Shown in pieces: positions 39,011 to 54,955 of a DNA stretch of 64,000 bases. The stretch lies in assembly GCF_009914755.1 (NCBI RefSeq), contig NC_060935.1; one strand, given 5' to 3'. Position numbers and translations under genes: made by a program. Under the pieces are notes generated by a model. The model saw nothing but the letters and a program-made list of their open reading frames with translations, made no database searches and was not told the DNA's origin. Every line of letters begins with the position of its first letter. The first letter of the stretch is position 1. The stretch is from the human T2T-CHM13v2.0 reference genome, Homo sapiens.

Positions 39011-42000
39011 AGTGAATGGGAAGGTGGATGCCAAGTGTTGACAGGACTCACACATGGAGGCTGTCATGCTATTCTCCTCCTCCAAAGTCGATCTGGAGTT
39101 TGGAAAGCAGGTATTCTGCTCCAGCAAAAGATGCTGCCTTGTTTCATGTTTAAATACCTTCTCCTGTGTCATGCTTTACATAAGCCCTTCAGCTGTTTTC
39201 AGAAGATAATTACACATTTTAAGTTCAACAACAATGAGTAAAATGGCCTTCCTTTGTTCCCTTTGCCTTCTCTTTAGCCCTTTGGGCTGAGGAGAGTATC
39301 TTGCCTGGAGTTGCTGGTAGGAAGAGAAGACCCTCCTTTATCCCAGGATGAAACTGCACATGGACTTTCTTGAATTTCACTGAGATAAACACCAGAGAAG
39401 CAAGTCCTGTTGCAACCCCCCAAAGCAACCTCTGTGAACCTGGGAAGGGGCACCTGCCAGATTCCCACAGTGTCAGAGTCCCCAAGAATGGGACCTCCTG
39501 CAGAAGCCCCCCAAGGACAAAGCTGAACCCTTCCCTGCTGAGCTGGGCTTCAGCCAAGAGGCCTTTTAGCAAAGGATTACAGTTCCAGCTGGGATCAACT
39601 GACTCCCTGAGGGATGAGAGGCAAGTTTGTCTGGGAAAGGGTCTGAGTTGGCAAGATCTGGGATGCTGGAGGGGCTCCTGGAAGGGAGGAAAATTTCCCT
39701 CCTCCAATGCTCCAAACACCTGGTTTGGACGAAACTCTGCTCTTCAACACAACCTGTGTACCTCTTTTTCTCTACACCTAACAAGGAAAGAAAATCAATG
39801 TGGTCATACTTCTGGCCATCCCAAACTCTGAATCCAAACTGGGGGTCTCCCACAAGACTCTATTTCTGTGGCCAGGACGCCCAATCCTGTCTGAAACTTC
39901 TTAGCATACAAAGTACAATGCACCTATTTTAAAACTTGGAGCCAGGTTTCAAAGGTGTTTTGTGTATTGTTTTACAATTAAACTATGAAGATCATCTATA
40001 TTTCGTGGATGTAGATACAGGTGTTTGTGAACAGGGGTGGTAAGGCAGATTTATCAAAGTGATTATCACATTGAAATGTTAGAAGCTGCCTCCAATCCTT
40101 TTTGGAATGAGACTGGGTATGAAAATCAATAGGTAAATGCAAATTTAATTAAAATATGTGTCGATCAGTATCAACTGGCTCTAAGACAAGAGCTTTGAAA
40201 GGGGATTTATGCAGAAAAAGCCAAGTTGTAGGAACATAGGGAGCCAAGGCATTGGTTTCTAGATTTGGAGGGGAGATATGTAAAGTACTGGGGTTGGGCC
40301 TTGAATGTATTCACTCTCAAACTATCATCATGAGTCCCTGTCGGTAGGTGGTCTGGGGCAGGCTGGAGAGCCTGATGAGGTCAAGTCCATGGTGGGAAGA
40401 GGGACTGAATTTCCCCTGAAGAGAGCCTGCTATTCTTAGCACAGAATGGGAGAACTTGAGCACTTCACCCTTGACTCTTCCCTTCCTGCTCTTTCTCCTT
40501 CAGCCTCTTTTCCTTCTGCCTCCCCACACCCTCTTTGAAGCTCCAAAGTGGAGTAAGTGGCATTCCATATATACCTTTTCTTCCTCAGAACTTTGCCAAC
40601 AGGATGAGGAGCCACCTTCAAGTGGAAACTTGAAGTCCTTTTCTTCTATCTCTTCCTTTAATCATGGCCCCTCCCTCCCACCTCTAATTGAATCATCCTT
40701 TCTCTCTTTAATAAATATTTTCAGAATTCCTATGCCATGAGTACTCTTTTAAGCTTGGACCTGTCCACAGAAGAGCCAAACCTGAGAGTCCTTGGTGATT
40801 GGCAGGCACAGGTGAAGTCCCTTTTCTTCCCTAATGAGGAGTCTTGACCTCCTTAACATTTTCCTTCCCTTATTACTGACGTCACTTTAGGACTCACCAG
40901 TCACATCTCTTCCATACCACCCTGGGGCCTGCATATTTTCTTAAACCACAGAAGGGAATTGACATTTACTGACACTTAATTATATTGAACACTTACTATG
41001 TGCAGCCTCCCTGGAGGGCATTGCTGTCCCTACTTCTCATGGTACAGCATGCCGGGAAACATATATTAAAAGAAAAAGCAGTAATTAAAACAGAAATGGG
41101 AGAAGGGGCCCAGGCTCCCAGCTTTTGGCTCAGTTGCTCTTGTGGCATGAGAGAAAGTGTAGGCTTGGGGCTGAGTTCGCTGGGAGTCTGTGGCTTGTCA
41201 TGGCTGCGTTGTCAGCCTTTGCTTGTGGAGTTCCTCCAGAAAGCCCTCCACCTGAAGCCCAGGCTGCAGCACCTCTACACTCCACCCTCTATGATTCGAT
41301 CCAACATGGAATGATGATCCCGAGTAATTTATAAGCTGACTCCACTGACATGGGCTCCAGCAAGTCCTGGCGGGTGTTTGGTGGTGCAGGGGGAGCGGCC
41401 CTTGCTGGTTGGCACAGAAACGGAACACCTGCAGGCCCCAGAACTGTCCCCAGCCCGCTCTCTCCTGCAATCTTGCACTGGATCTCACGTTCCAGCTCAG
41501 ATGTGAGGGAGATCAGACATAAAATTCCAGGGGCTGAAAATTCCTCGCATAAGGACATCCCCCCCATCCTCCCTTCTAATTTCCAGTGAAGCAGAAATTT
41601 TAACTCCTCAGGGCAACTTTTCAAAGCTGAGTAACTTCAGATTACACACTCAAGTCCTGTTATTTGTTAACAGCATTTGAATGAGTAACTTGCTCCCATT
41701 GCTTTGAAAATATTTCTTTTAAATGGAGAAGCAGGAGCAATTAGAGATGAAAAGTACCTGTACAGTGCCTTCCAAGATGCCAGAGGCTGTTCCGAACTGG
41801 CATTCCAAAGTGGGTAAAAATAACTTTCTTTAGGAAAACATAGAAGGAGGGTGACTTACAGGGGGAAGGAGCAAAGGGCATGTCCGAGCTGTAGGAAAGA
41901 CCACTCTGTGCTTGTGTGTCAAGGACCTGTCCTCTGATGGCCAGTTTCAGATGCAGACAAGTGTTTCTTGCTACATTTGGATTTTCCAGGCTGCTAGAGA

Positions 42001-42040
42001 AACAGGCCTAGGCTTTTGGGATAGAACAGGGATGTCGACT

Positions 42041-42186
42041 AAATATATATATATTTTTATATATATATTTATATATATATAAATAAATATATAAATATAT
42101 ATATACATGTGTATATATATACACACATATATACGTATATATATATACGTATACATATACATATATATATATATATGTATATATAC
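42041..42186. repeat. (TA)n-rich low-complexity tract
   Basis: Directly visible interrupted TA/CA/CG alternating tract. Confidence 0.95.
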
Positions 42187-42329
42187 TAATATTCTGAAAA
42201 CATGGGGCCTTTTCCCACCCTGCTGTCTTTTATGGAAGGGTCATCTTCCCACAGCACACCCAGCAATCCCCACCCACTTCCCTAGTGCTAAGCTAAGCTA
42301 TAGAAACTCTGGAAAAAATAGATGTTTCT

Positions 42330-43153
42330 ACTTCTCAAAAGAAGATATATATGTGGCCAAGAAGAGTATGAAAAACTGCTCAATATCACTAATCATTAGA
42401 GAGATGCAAATCAAAACCACAATGAGATACTATCTCATACCAGTCAGAATGGCTATTATTAAAAAGTCAAAAACTAACAGATGCTGGTGAGGCTGCAGAG
42501 AAAAGGAAATCCCTATACCCTGCTGGTGGGAATGTAATTAGTTCATTAGAAAAATTAGTTCAGCCACTGTGGAAAGCAGTCTGGAGATTTCTCAAAGAAT
42601 GTACAACAGAACAACCATTTGACCCAGCAATTCCATTACTGGGTATATACCCAAAGGAATATAAATCATGCTACCCCAAAAACACATGCACACATATGTT
42701 CATCACAGCACTATCCACAACAGTAAAGACATGGAATCAATCTAAATGCCTATCAGTGGTGGACTTGATAAAGAAAATGTGGTACATATTAACCATGGAA
42801 TATTATGCATCCATAAAAAAGGATGAGATCATGTCTTTTGCAGCAACATGGATGGAGCTGGAGGTCATTATCCTAAACACATTACAGTGAACAGAAAACC
42901 AAATATCACATATTCTCCCTTATTAGTGGGAGTTAAACATTGAGTACCCATGGACACAAAAAAACGAAAAACAGACACCGGGGCCTACTTGAGAGTGGAG
43001 GATGGAAGGAGGGTGAAGGTGGAAAAACTACCTATCAAGTATTATGGTGATTACTGGGTGATGAAATAATCTGTACATTAAATCCCCATGATGCCAATTT
43101 ACCCATGTAACAAACCTCCACATGTACCCTTGAGCCTAAAATAAAAGTTGGAA
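42330..43153 (+). mobile_element. 5'-truncated older L1PA (L1PA15/16-like)
   Basis: ORF2 C-terminal peptides ([42 protein letters not shown]). 3'UTR ends cctaaaataaaagttggaaaaa. Confidence 0.92.
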
Positions 43154-43374
43154 AAACCCCCAAAACAAGTAGGTAGTTTTGATGATGCCTCCAGGATGGA
43201 CACTTCCGAGCACCCTGTAGTCTCTTGCACCCCAGATGGGGACTGCAAAGCTGTCAATAAGAGGGAAGATGCTCCCTGCAGTCAAAAAATGAGGCCAGAG
43301 ACCTGGAAGATTATTGAACACTGGGAACTCCACCAGGCTCTGAGCTCAGCTCAAAGAGGGTGTATTATATAGAT

Positions 43375-43580
43375 CAGTGGTTCTCCAAATGGGTTGCACA
43401 AGAAAATCACCTGGGGAGCTTTAAAAATCCTGATGTCGGGCCACACAATATCTACTCCAACCCCACCCCAGCCAAGGTCTATACTCAAGAAACCAGAATC
43501 TCTGGAGGTAGAACCCTAGGAGCAGTCATCGTCACAGTTCTCAGGTGATTCTAATGTGCAGCCAAGTTTGAGAACTAGTT
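43375..43580. mobile_element. MER5A-like MITE
   Basis: cagtggttctccaa...aatcacctggggagctttaaaaatcctgatg...caggtgattctaatgtgcagccaagtttgagaac. Confidence 0.85.
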
Positions 43581-43767
43581 GCGAATAGTTGAGAACTAGA
43601 TGCAAAATGGTTGAGATGATTCAGAGACTCTGGGACCCACTCAGGGAACAGATGAATGTATAAATGAATGATTATTTCTTGCTTGGATTACAGCAAAAGA
43701 CTTTTGGCTGGTCTTATTGCTTACTCCCCACCCCCTTTGTTTTGTCTCAGTCCGGCAACCAGAATGA

Positions 43768-43978
43768 ATTTTTTTCTTTTTGAGACAGAGTCTCACTCTG
43801 TCACCGAGGCTATAATGCAGTGTGATCATGGCTCACCACAGCCTCGACCTCCTGGGGCTCAAATGATCCTCCCACCTCAGCCTCCCAAGTAGCTGGGGCT
43901 ACAGGCGTGAGCCATCATGCCTGGCTAATTTTTGTATTTCTTTTTTTTTTTTTTTGTAGAGATGGGGTTTTGCCATAT
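43768..43978 (-). mobile_element. Partial AluJ within an L2 remnant (~43670-44420)
   Basis: Antisense right arm and linker. The flanks resemble L2. Confidence 0.85.
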
Positions 43979-44626
43979 TATAGAATTATCTTTTCAAGAA
44001 TATAAGTTGGAGTGTGTCCCTGTTCACCTCAATACCCTCTATGGCTTTCCCACTAATTCAGAATAAGAGCTGGCATCTTCATAATGACCTACAAGGCCCT
44101 GTATGATTTACCTTTGAAGACTGCCCCATGCCCACCTGCCCTCCCTCTGATATTATCTTTTACTACCACCCCCCTTCCCACCCTTTGTGCCCACGGTTCC
44201 AGCAATACTGGCATCCTTGCAGTTCCCTGCAGGTATTAGGTGCACTGCTGCCCCAGGGCTTTTGCACTTGCTATAATTCTGCTCTTTCCCTATATAGTCA
44301 CCTGGCTTGTCCCTTACTTTTTTCGGGTCTTTGTTCAAATATTAACCTGCTCGCCTTACATTCATGCTCCTCCATGCCTACTCTGCTTATCAGGAGGTTT
44401 ATTTTTGTGTATTTATCCTCTTTCTCCCTATCTAAGTGGATACTGGAGTCTGTACAGCATTTTTAGACCACTTACAGCTTGTGAAAAGTTGGGAATCCAA
44501 ATTCCTGATTTCTCTCTTTAATTTCTGCCTGCAAGCCGGCCAACACTTTCTAAACTCATCTCTTAACTTTAATTCCTTGTCAAATGCAGCCAATGGCAAC
44601 ATATTATCTAAACTCTTCCCCTAGAC

Positions 44627-44840
44627 TAGGGGTCAGCAAATAGCCAACAGACCAAATCCAGAGTGCTACCTGTTTTTGTAAATAAAGTTTTGTTTGAACA
44701 CAACCATGTTCATTTGTTTACATATTGTCTATGGCTGTTTTCATGCTACAATGGTAGTTGAGTAGTTGCAAAGGAGTCTGTCCAATAAAGCTGAAAATAT
44801 TCATTATCTGGCTTTTTATGGAAAAGTTGGCTGGCCTCTG
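44627..44840. mobile_element. MER58A-like MITE
   Basis: taggggtcagcaaa...cctgtttttgtaaataaagttttg...catttgtttacatattgtctatggctg. Confidence 0.85.
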
Positions 44841-45626
44841 TGTTAAATGTATAAACTCAGTTGGCTCATGGTCTGCTTTCCAAGTTATCGCCAGCCGTAC
44901 TTCATTAAATTTTTTGCCACTGCATATCATGGATTTCCATCTATCCAGCCTAACTGGTAAGCTAATGCCACATCTCTTAGATTTTTTTAAACTATTGCAA
45001 TATTTCACTCCTGCTGTTAGTCAGGATAATTGACAGCAGCTGCTACAATCAAAATCTCAGGGGTTTTGATCTCCAGGTAACCGGATGACAGTTTGTTCAC
45101 TGCTCATGCAAAGTCAGAAGTCAGGTGGGCAACCATCCTCCATCTTGTAGCTGTAGTGTCTTGGAAGATGTGACCTCCAAGGTCACTGTAGCAAGTTAAG
45201 AGGGCGATGGAGGAAGAATATAATTCTCAACTGCCTTTCTTTTTATTGGCCAGAACTAGTTATAAGGCCCAGATCTAAATAGAAGAGGGACTGGGAAATT
45301 TAGAAGAGAACTTGAATGTTTGATTAGTTCTAGTCAGTCTCTGAAACATTGATCATTAACCTCCAAACAAGATGGGATCTTAACTCATTCCTGTAAGAGC
45401 CTCTTGGAGGATCTACATAGGATGGCCTTCCACAGCTCTTCCAGAGGGCCTGGAGGTCTTTCTTCATATACAGCTAAAGCAGGGAGTTTCTTTTCACTTG
45501 AGAGCTGCTAGTGCAGAAGAAAAAATAATTGAATGAAAGAATAAGGGTGTGAGTGAAGAAAGCAGGTTGGTGAAGAAAAGACCTGTGGGAAGGAAAGGGA
45601 TACTTGAAGTCAAGAAAGGTAGCCAT

Positions 45627-45946
<320 letters not shown>

Positions 45947-47639
45947 CTACCCTGCTTTTCAGAGCACAGGCACCATTTAAATCCAAGCTATCATTATGAC
46001 TACAAAGCTATTTACTTATTTTAATACTGTATTATTTAATACAGTGAATCAAGCATTTTATGACTTGAAGTAACTTCAGAAATAAAGGTTGGCTTTCCCT
46101 GTCATTGAAGACAGGTTGAGAGTTCATTTCTGCTTAACAGATCAAGGTAGTAAATTACATTTTCTATCAGAAAGAAATGTTTAGAGAGCTCTAGGAGGAG
46201 CGCTGGGTCTTTGGCCTGAGCAACAGGAATTTGGGCTCAGTGCCCAGATCTCTCTCTCTCTCTCTCTCTTTCTTTCCTTTTTTTCTTTTTTCTTTTTTAC
46301 CCTGTTCATGACCCTTAGAAGTCACAGAAACCTTCCTGGAACCTCAGTTTCTCTCTTTGAAACAATCACCACTTGCCTCCCTTGGCAAGTTGTATGATGA
46401 ATAATGACACAGTGTTAGCAAAGTTTCTTTGAGGTCTTTGGATGAAAGACAACCTATAAACTTTGCTGAAGATTTACTGTTTTATTAAAGGAATAGCTGC
46501 ATATAGTACTCCACTAATAAATGTTGACAAAGGTAAACATTCTTCACTCATCCTAGCAAGAGCAGGTTATTCATCTATTGCAAGTACAATGAGGGAGGGT
46601 GTGTTCCAAGGTCATAAAAATTTCTATTAATATTGTCCAGAAACATATTTTGGATCTATATCTACATTGTCACCTGGAGTTAAACTAATGGAGTCAGTCA
46701 TCTAGACTTACATAATATTGGATAATGAACAAAACAAGCATGTGGCTTAGCTTTGTCCCTTGACTTGGGTATGTAAAGAGTAACATGGATTGCTACTCAA
46801 AAAATTAAAACCAGAATTCTGGTAAAACAAGAAAAAGCTTCAAGATGAATATGGAGCCTTGTACTAGGATTGACTTTGCAGAGTATCTTGACAAATTAGA
46901 CAGGAAGACATATGTTGGCCACATAGGAAGGTTCTAGAGAGATTTCAGATCTGCCATTAATTACTAATATCCAGGTTTCTCATCAACTTAGTGAATTTAC
47001 AGAGGCTTGAAAGCACCCACATCTGTGGTACCTGGGAATTGTAGGTAAATTCTCTGGTTATGTGGAAAAAGCTAAGGAATATGAGTCTAGGAAACTGGTA
47101 GCTCTGTCATTAACTGTGCAATCTTGAACAAACTATTTTCTGGGCCTCAGATACCTTATCTGTAAAATGAAAGCATTGAACTAACAATAAAACTAACTAT
47201 TTACTGAGCATATACTAAGTACTAAGCTCTTTGTTATATACTATATGTACTTTATCTTATTTAATTCTCTGAGGTAGGTGATATTACTTTCATTTAACAG
47301 ATGAAACTGCGGCTCAGAGAGTTTGCAAAGTATTTTATGCATAGTCATTTATTTGATAAATATTTGCTAAGCATCTTCTATATATCTTATGTCAAGAGGT
47401 AAGGGTAGACATTTAGCTCTCATCCTCAATGAACTCACAATAGGAGTCATCACTAGAAGATGGAAGCCTGAGTATGTGAGCTTAGCAGGTCTAAGCTCTT
47501 AGCCTTTTCATTGTACTGGATCAGAATACAAACACGCTGATGTTTCTTCCATCTAAATGAACAAGTGGCTTCTCTCAATCCCACTTTGCCCATCAGCTTC
47601 CACCCCATTTAGATGCTTCTCATTGTAGCACTCCTATAA

Positions 47640-48440
47640 TGAGTTGTCTGTACTGCTTGTCTCCAATGCCTGTCCTCCTATTTTCTCTTAAACTCACCCC
47701 ACTCAGGCTTTTGCCCCAACCAGGCACCCAAGTCTTATCATGGACATCAATGATCTTCACATGCTAAATCTAATGGGCAGCTCCCACTCCTCATCTTACT
47801 TGAGTATCAGTGGCATTTGACACAGTTGATCCCCCTTCTCCTTGCTATATTTTCTCTTCACTTGGCTTCTAGGACTTCCCCTTTCTCTTAGTTTCTTTCC
47901 TATCTCCTTGGCTGCTCTTTATCAGTTTTATTTGCTGGTGTTTCCTCTTCTCACAGATTCTGAGTGTTGTAATATTCCAGGACTCAGACCTTGGCGCTCT
48001 TCTTTGTCTACACTTACTCCCCTGGTGATAACACCCCGTTTAGAACTCTTTAATACCATCTTTATGCAGATGACTCCCAAACTTGTATCTTTGGCCCAAA
48101 CCTCTCTCTCAGATTTCAAATGTAAGAAACCACTGCCACTTGCCATCTCCACTTGAACATAATAGACACCCAGCATCAGCATGTTCAAATGTGAACCCGC
48201 CATCTTTTCTCTGAAACCTGTTCTGCTTGCAGCCTTCTCCATCTCAGATGATTGCAACTTTACCTTCTAGTTCCTCAAACCCAAATCCTTGCGTCATTCT
48301 TCACTGCTCTCTTGCTTACATACTCCATAGCCAATCCATTAGGAAACCCGTTTGGCTTTATCTTCAAAATGTATTTAAAGACTGATCAATTCTCACCACT
48401 CCCACTGCTATCACCCTGGTCCAAGCCATCATTAACTCTT
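47640..48440 (+). mobile_element. L2 LINE reverse-transcriptase remnant
   Basis: Degenerate NDLH.AKSNG..S.LILL..S.AFDTVD segment and TAT GCA GAT GAC (YADD) at 48063-48074. Confidence 0.85.
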
Positions 48441-49734
48441 AGCTGGGCATCTACCCTGTGCTGGGCTTTGTGCCAGATGCCAGGAATGTAGATAAACAGG
48501 ACACAGTCCCTGCCCACAGAGAGTACACAGTCTAGTGAGAAGACAGATATAAAACTTGATAATCATGATGCATTATGATAAGTGCTGTGGTAGAGTCGTG
48601 GAAGTTTAGAAGAGGGTATGTCATCTTTATATCCCTTTCAGCTCAGATGTTAAAGCTGCTCGCCTTAGTCCTATATCTTTAAACTAAGCTGACCCACAAT
48701 GTACTAGACACCTTAAAGCTAATTAAAACAAGTTGTGGGTTCCATTCACAAATACTGGACCCGTTCATTTACAATACTTCAGTACCTGTCTTTCTACTTT
48801 TATTTTTGCCTTCCCTTCCTTATATCATGCTCATCCATGAACTTAGAGGTACAACTCAGAATTCTCCAGCATTGACGTTCAGTGTGTGTTTCCCAGGATG
48901 TGGCCTGCATTCACCCTTCTTCTCCTGGCAACTTTTAATAAATTGCCCACTGGACCCGCTCCAGCCCCAGGGACTCAGACCCAGTGGCCTGACTGGTGCT
49001 CAGTCTGTGGAAGATGACAATAGCAATATACCTTGATGACATCTCAAATTCCCATGGAATCAACCAGATTGGTGCTTAATTAAGAACAATTGGCCTTGGC
49101 ACCCTCAGTATGAGAAATATCTAGGTATCCATCTGTTCCATTTGATTTTCACTGCTTCCCCTTAATCCAAGCTCTCTCCTTTCCTTCATTCTCTCCCCTG
49201 ACAATTAATTTGTACATGGTTTTCCATACACATCTTTTTAAAGTACTGCCTCAGCTACATCATTCTTTAGGCAAAAGTCTTCTGGGGTTCTTTATTGCCT
49301 ACCAAATAAAATCCAAATTCATTACCAATCAAAGCCCTCCATACTTGGACTCAAACTTTCCCCATCTTATCTCCCAGCATACTTGTATATAGCCATGACC
49401 TACCTACTCATGGAGCCCATAACCTGCACACGCTTTCCCACCTTCTGCTTGTGCTCTCTCCACTGCCAGGCATGGTCTTCTCCCCTTCATTCACTGAGAC
49501 AATATCTTCAAGGCCCAAGCTAACTTTCTCCTCCATCTTTCCCACTGTGGCCCACAAATCTCTGCCTACTCTGAAGTTATAGCCCTTTGGCCTATATTCA
49601 CTAGCAATGAATCATGTCCGTCCCTCTTCATAACATCTATTGCAATGCAGTCCTTATTGTTTTATTTGTCTACTCTTACACTGCTATTGATCCTTTTGTC
49701 AGCTATGTCTTCTCCCTTGGACTATGTCATGAAC

Positions 49735-49945
49735 CTGTGCAATGGGAAAGCACAGACTTTCGAGTGAGATATGGGTTTTATGCCAGCTGTCTTATTGATT
49801 AGATATGTGACTTTGAGCAAGCCACTCATCATGCAGCCTCAGCTTCCTCATCTATAAAATGGGGATAATAACTGTCTCATAAGACTGTCGTGAAAATTAG
49901 ATAAGACAGCATGTGTGAAATTGCTTAAGGGTGCATGGTACATAG
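49735..49945 (+). mobile_element. MIR
   Basis: tgtgactttgagcaagccact...gcctcagcttcctcatctataaaatggggataataac. Confidence 0.8.
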
Positions 49946-50435
49946 TGTTTTTTCCCTTTTTGTGTCCCGCATGGAGCTTTATACATAGCATGGCTTGAAA
50001 ATCTATTGATTTAATTTTGAAACAATATGTCTATAATTACCTTGAATTATGAACAATTAGAGAACACCCATTTCTGCCATACACATTAGTGCCATAAAAC
50101 ACCTGGAAATAATGGGTACATTGCATCCTTTTAAATGCATAACTAGATTTGCAAAAGGAAAAGAAAAAAGGAAGGAAATGCTCCATGTCCACAAATGGAG
50201 TGTGAGCTGACATAAGGAGTTGCAAGGAGTATCTGATACTTCGGCTGTCCTTGAGGGCAAGGTTGTCCGTTTGGGGTTTCATTGCTCATTCAGGAACAAG
50301 ACATCAAACTGAGAAGCCTGCATAAGCCAATACCTTTTAAAGGCACATTTGGGGAAATTCTGCTTAGCTGTAAAGAGCTCTGGGTAGGAAAAAATGTTTT
50401 CCTTCTGAGAAATCATAGCAAGCATCCAATCGTAA

Positions 50436-50835
<400 letters not shown>

Positions 50836-52077
50836 TAAGAAACAACTTGAGCTGATAACAAGGTTGGCAGAAGCAAATGCAAAAACCTTTTTGAAGAGAT
50901 ACTCTTAACCCAAGCTGCACAGAAATTCCATAAACCTCACCGAACATCAATCCACATATGAAACACAGAAACAATCTCACAGGAAACAGCAGACATAAAA
51001 AAATAAGCAAAGCAGCAACCACAAAAGCAGCAGAATTACACCCCCAAGTTAGCAATATTTACTGCAGTGGCTGGACCCGGGTCCGTCTTCAAGGAGCATT
51101 CAATCAGACTGGGAAACAATTCATTAACAGTCTAAGGCAATAAAGACAAAACCCAATTTAAGAATGGCCTGGGATCCACAAGGTAATTAGAATATGCTGT
51201 TCAGCAATCAGCATGTCATTTTCCTTAGAAAACAATGTTTTACCCAGTAGATCACAAAAGCTTTTGGAATTCACAAGTCAGAACCTGTTGAGGACACTGA
51301 GGCACAGTTTCCGGCACAAATTTGTGCTCCATAATCACTGGCTAAATGAATTCATAAATGAATGAATGAGGTAGCTAAATCTGACCCAGGTTCCAGTACT
51401 GCAGAACACGAGGCCAAGGAGTGAAGAGGAAGGAGGAGAAACAAATATTATTGTATTTCCAAGGCACAAGCCCAGCTGTCTGGAAAGCTTGTAAATAGAT
51501 ACAGTTTGCATCAGACACTCTTCCACCTGCCCACTGTAGATACTGGAGATTATCTCACTGATCCTAAACCCAGGAGTCACTGAGGCTGTCTACACCTAAA
51601 TGCCCCCTGCTAGGAATGCCCATCTTCTCAGTGCTGGGATCTTAGCTCCATGTTTTTGGAAAGCAGATAGAGTGAGGATCAGGGTAAGATGCAAGATTTG
51701 AACAGCCATTTACCCCTCAGAGATGTCTGCAACTCTAACAGTTGCTTGTTTCCCCAAATGAATCTCTAATTCATGTGACAAAGTGAAATAAGTGTATTCC
51801 AGCTATGTGGTCATGATGGACTAGGACTGAAAACCTTTGCCCAGGCTCACCTTCCTGAGGTCCATCCTTGGGGTCTTCATTCATTCACTCATTCCTTCAG
51901 CAAAGTTTATGGACTGCCTACTTTTGTTTCAGGCTCTGTCTACCTACTTCTGTTTCAGGCCCTGGAGAGGCAGGAGTGAACAAGACACTATAGCCATGCT
52001 CCCATGGAGTTTTCATTCTAGGCAAGTGGACAAATAATAATAAAAGAAAACACATGGACAGGATATATACAGAGTGA

Positions 52078-52540
<463 letters not shown>

Positions 52541-53662
52541 TGATGAACCCACAGTTTTTTTTTTTTTTTGGTTGGTTGTTTGTTTGAAGCTTCTGTTTTT
52601 TTTGAGCTTCCTCTCTTGGTAGCTGAGTCTCTCCACTCAGGGGGGAAAGGAGTGAGTATATGGAGATGTCGAAATATTTGTAGAAATGTCTTAACCTGCA
52701 ATGATAACTGCCATCACACTATCTGATTCCTTAGTGGTTCACTCACACACACTCCAGCAAAGTTGTTTCTCTATGTGAGTTTTAAGGCTCTGCTTATCAG
52801 TGGACTCATCTTTGCCTCCCTATTAATTTCAGCATAGAAAAAGAAGTTTTCCCACAGGTAACCTTTGGAAACAAAGGCAGAGCTTGAGCAGTGATCGAGG
52901 CAATGATTAAGCAGTCAGAAATAAAACGTGAGCTTGCATTCACCTCTGCCGGTGGCGGCCTGAGCTTCTTCCTGTAGACTGTTGACAAAGAAACTTGAGA
53001 AGGCAAAAAAGCCTTTTCAATAGCAAGAGGACACTGTGAAGTGCAGGGAGGACCATATTATGTTGATGATGGATGAGTGGATCCCTCTCCACTGAATGTG
53101 CCAGGCTGGAGCCCATCCATTAGAGAGAGCTTAATCTGCCCAGAGATCTCAGCAGCTCCGGCTGCTGAAAGATAAGCCTCCTCTTCCTGCCTCCTCAGAG
53201 GGCTGTTCTCCTGAAGAAGCTACCTGGCGTCTGTGTAGTGTTCAGAAACTGCAGGAGTGATTGCTTCTCCTCCTCTCTGGCTGGCAGCCCTTGGGGTGCG
53301 AAGCATGAATCCAACCTGGAGCTATCTTGCTGCAAGCTTCCCTGTTGTCCTGGTCACAAGAGTCCTCAGTTGTTCTCAAAATCGTGGAAGAAAAAGTCTT
53401 TTATACTTGAAAACTCATAGTGAGGAGAGCTTAAACTTTCTCCCTGTGCAGAAAAGAAAAAAATGCATCCTATTTTTAAATGGGTTTCCTCATAGAATCT
53501 TCTGATGTGTTAATTCCAGGTCTTGGTCTACAGCTTGAAAATAAAAATACCAACAAATCAGTGTCCCTTGTGAAGGACTTCTCTCCATCTATGCCATACC
53601 TCTGTCTGTCCCTGTCTCTGTCTCTGTTCTCTCTCTCACATGTCTCCTCCCCACCCACCCTG

Positions 53663-53980
53663 TGTTTTGTTTTGCTTGTTTTGTTTTGAGACAGGGTCTC
53701 TGTCACCCAGGTGTTGTGCATTGGCTCTGTCACAGCTCACTGCAGCCTCAACTTCCTGGGCTGAAGTGATCCTCCTGCCTCAGCCTCCCAAGTAGCTGGG
53801 ACTACAGGTGTGTGCCACCACACTCAGCTAATTTCTTCTATTTATTATTATTATTTTTTTTGTAAAGACGGGGTCTCACTATGTTGCCTAAGCTGGTTTC
53901 AAACTCCTGGGCTCAAGCAATCCTCCCATCTCGGCCTCCCAAAGCGCTGGAACTACAGGCCTGAGCCACTGTGCCTGGCC
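53663..53980 (-). mobile_element. AluJ
   Basis: Antisense Alu with (TTTTG)n tail. Confidence 0.9.
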
Positions 53981-54468
53981 TCCTCTCTGTGTTGAACTCA
54001 CTGTATTTCTGCCCATTCAATTCCATGTATTGTCCCCCTCCTCTCTGCTCCCCCCATCCCTGCCCACACTTTCAACATCTCCCACTAGTGCCATCAGCCT
54101 CCTAACAAGCATTCATCTCTGTGCTTTTATATGTGTTTTTTTTAAAGTCTATCCTCCTCACTGTCTTGGCTTATTATTATGTTGGTCAGCAGCTCCTTAT
54201 TACCTACAGTACAGGGTCCAAACATCTTAACATGACATAAGCAACACCTATCTACTCGTTTCTTTCTGCTTCCTGCACATACTCTTCTCACAGCTGAAGC
54301 ATTCTATTTAAAGGATCTCAAATGCTGAAGTGCAGTCTCCAGTTGTTGCACATGCTATGTCCTTTGCTCTTCTTTCTAGGTGAGCTTCCATTCAACCTTC
54401 AAGGCCCAGATTAGAAACTTTGGAACTTTGAGAAACACATTAGGCTTCTGATTGTGTTGCTATTGTAA

Positions 54469-54955
54469 TATTGTATTGCTTATCTATTTCAACATAATGA
54501 ATTGCATACAAATTTAGTGGCTTAAAACAACAAACATTTATTAGCTCACAGTTTCTGTAGTCAGGAATCTGGGAGTGGTTTAGCTGGTGGTTCTGGCTTA
54601 CAGTATCCCATGAGGTTGTAAGTGGAATAACAGCAGGAACTGCAGTCATCCAAAGGCTTGACTGGTACTAGAGGATCCACTTCCAAGCTCACTAATGTGG
54701 CTTAGCAAGAGACCTCAGTTCCTTGCTTGGCTGTTGACTGGAAGCCTCAGTTCCCTACCAATTGGGACTTTTCTCATGACAGGGCAGTCATCTTCCCCAG
54801 AGAGAGTGACCCAAGAGAGAGAGGCAGGAACCACCATGTCTTTCAGGACCTAGATTTGGAAGTGCCATGTCGTCACTTTTACCATATTCGATTGGTCCAA
54901 CAAACAATGGGGTAGGAGACCACACAGTGTGAATACCAGGAGGCCAGGATCATCA
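54469..54955 (-). mobile_element. MLT1-family MaLR LTR
   Basis: aaatttagtggcttaaaacaacaaacatttattagctcacagtttctgtagtcaggaatctggg. Confidence 0.8.

Noticed and set aside
39225-39932. Overlapping 95-164 aa ORFs on both strands
   Set aside because: No recognisable domain, some start at non-ATG codons, and I see no supporting exon structure. This is expected in a locally GC-richer patch.
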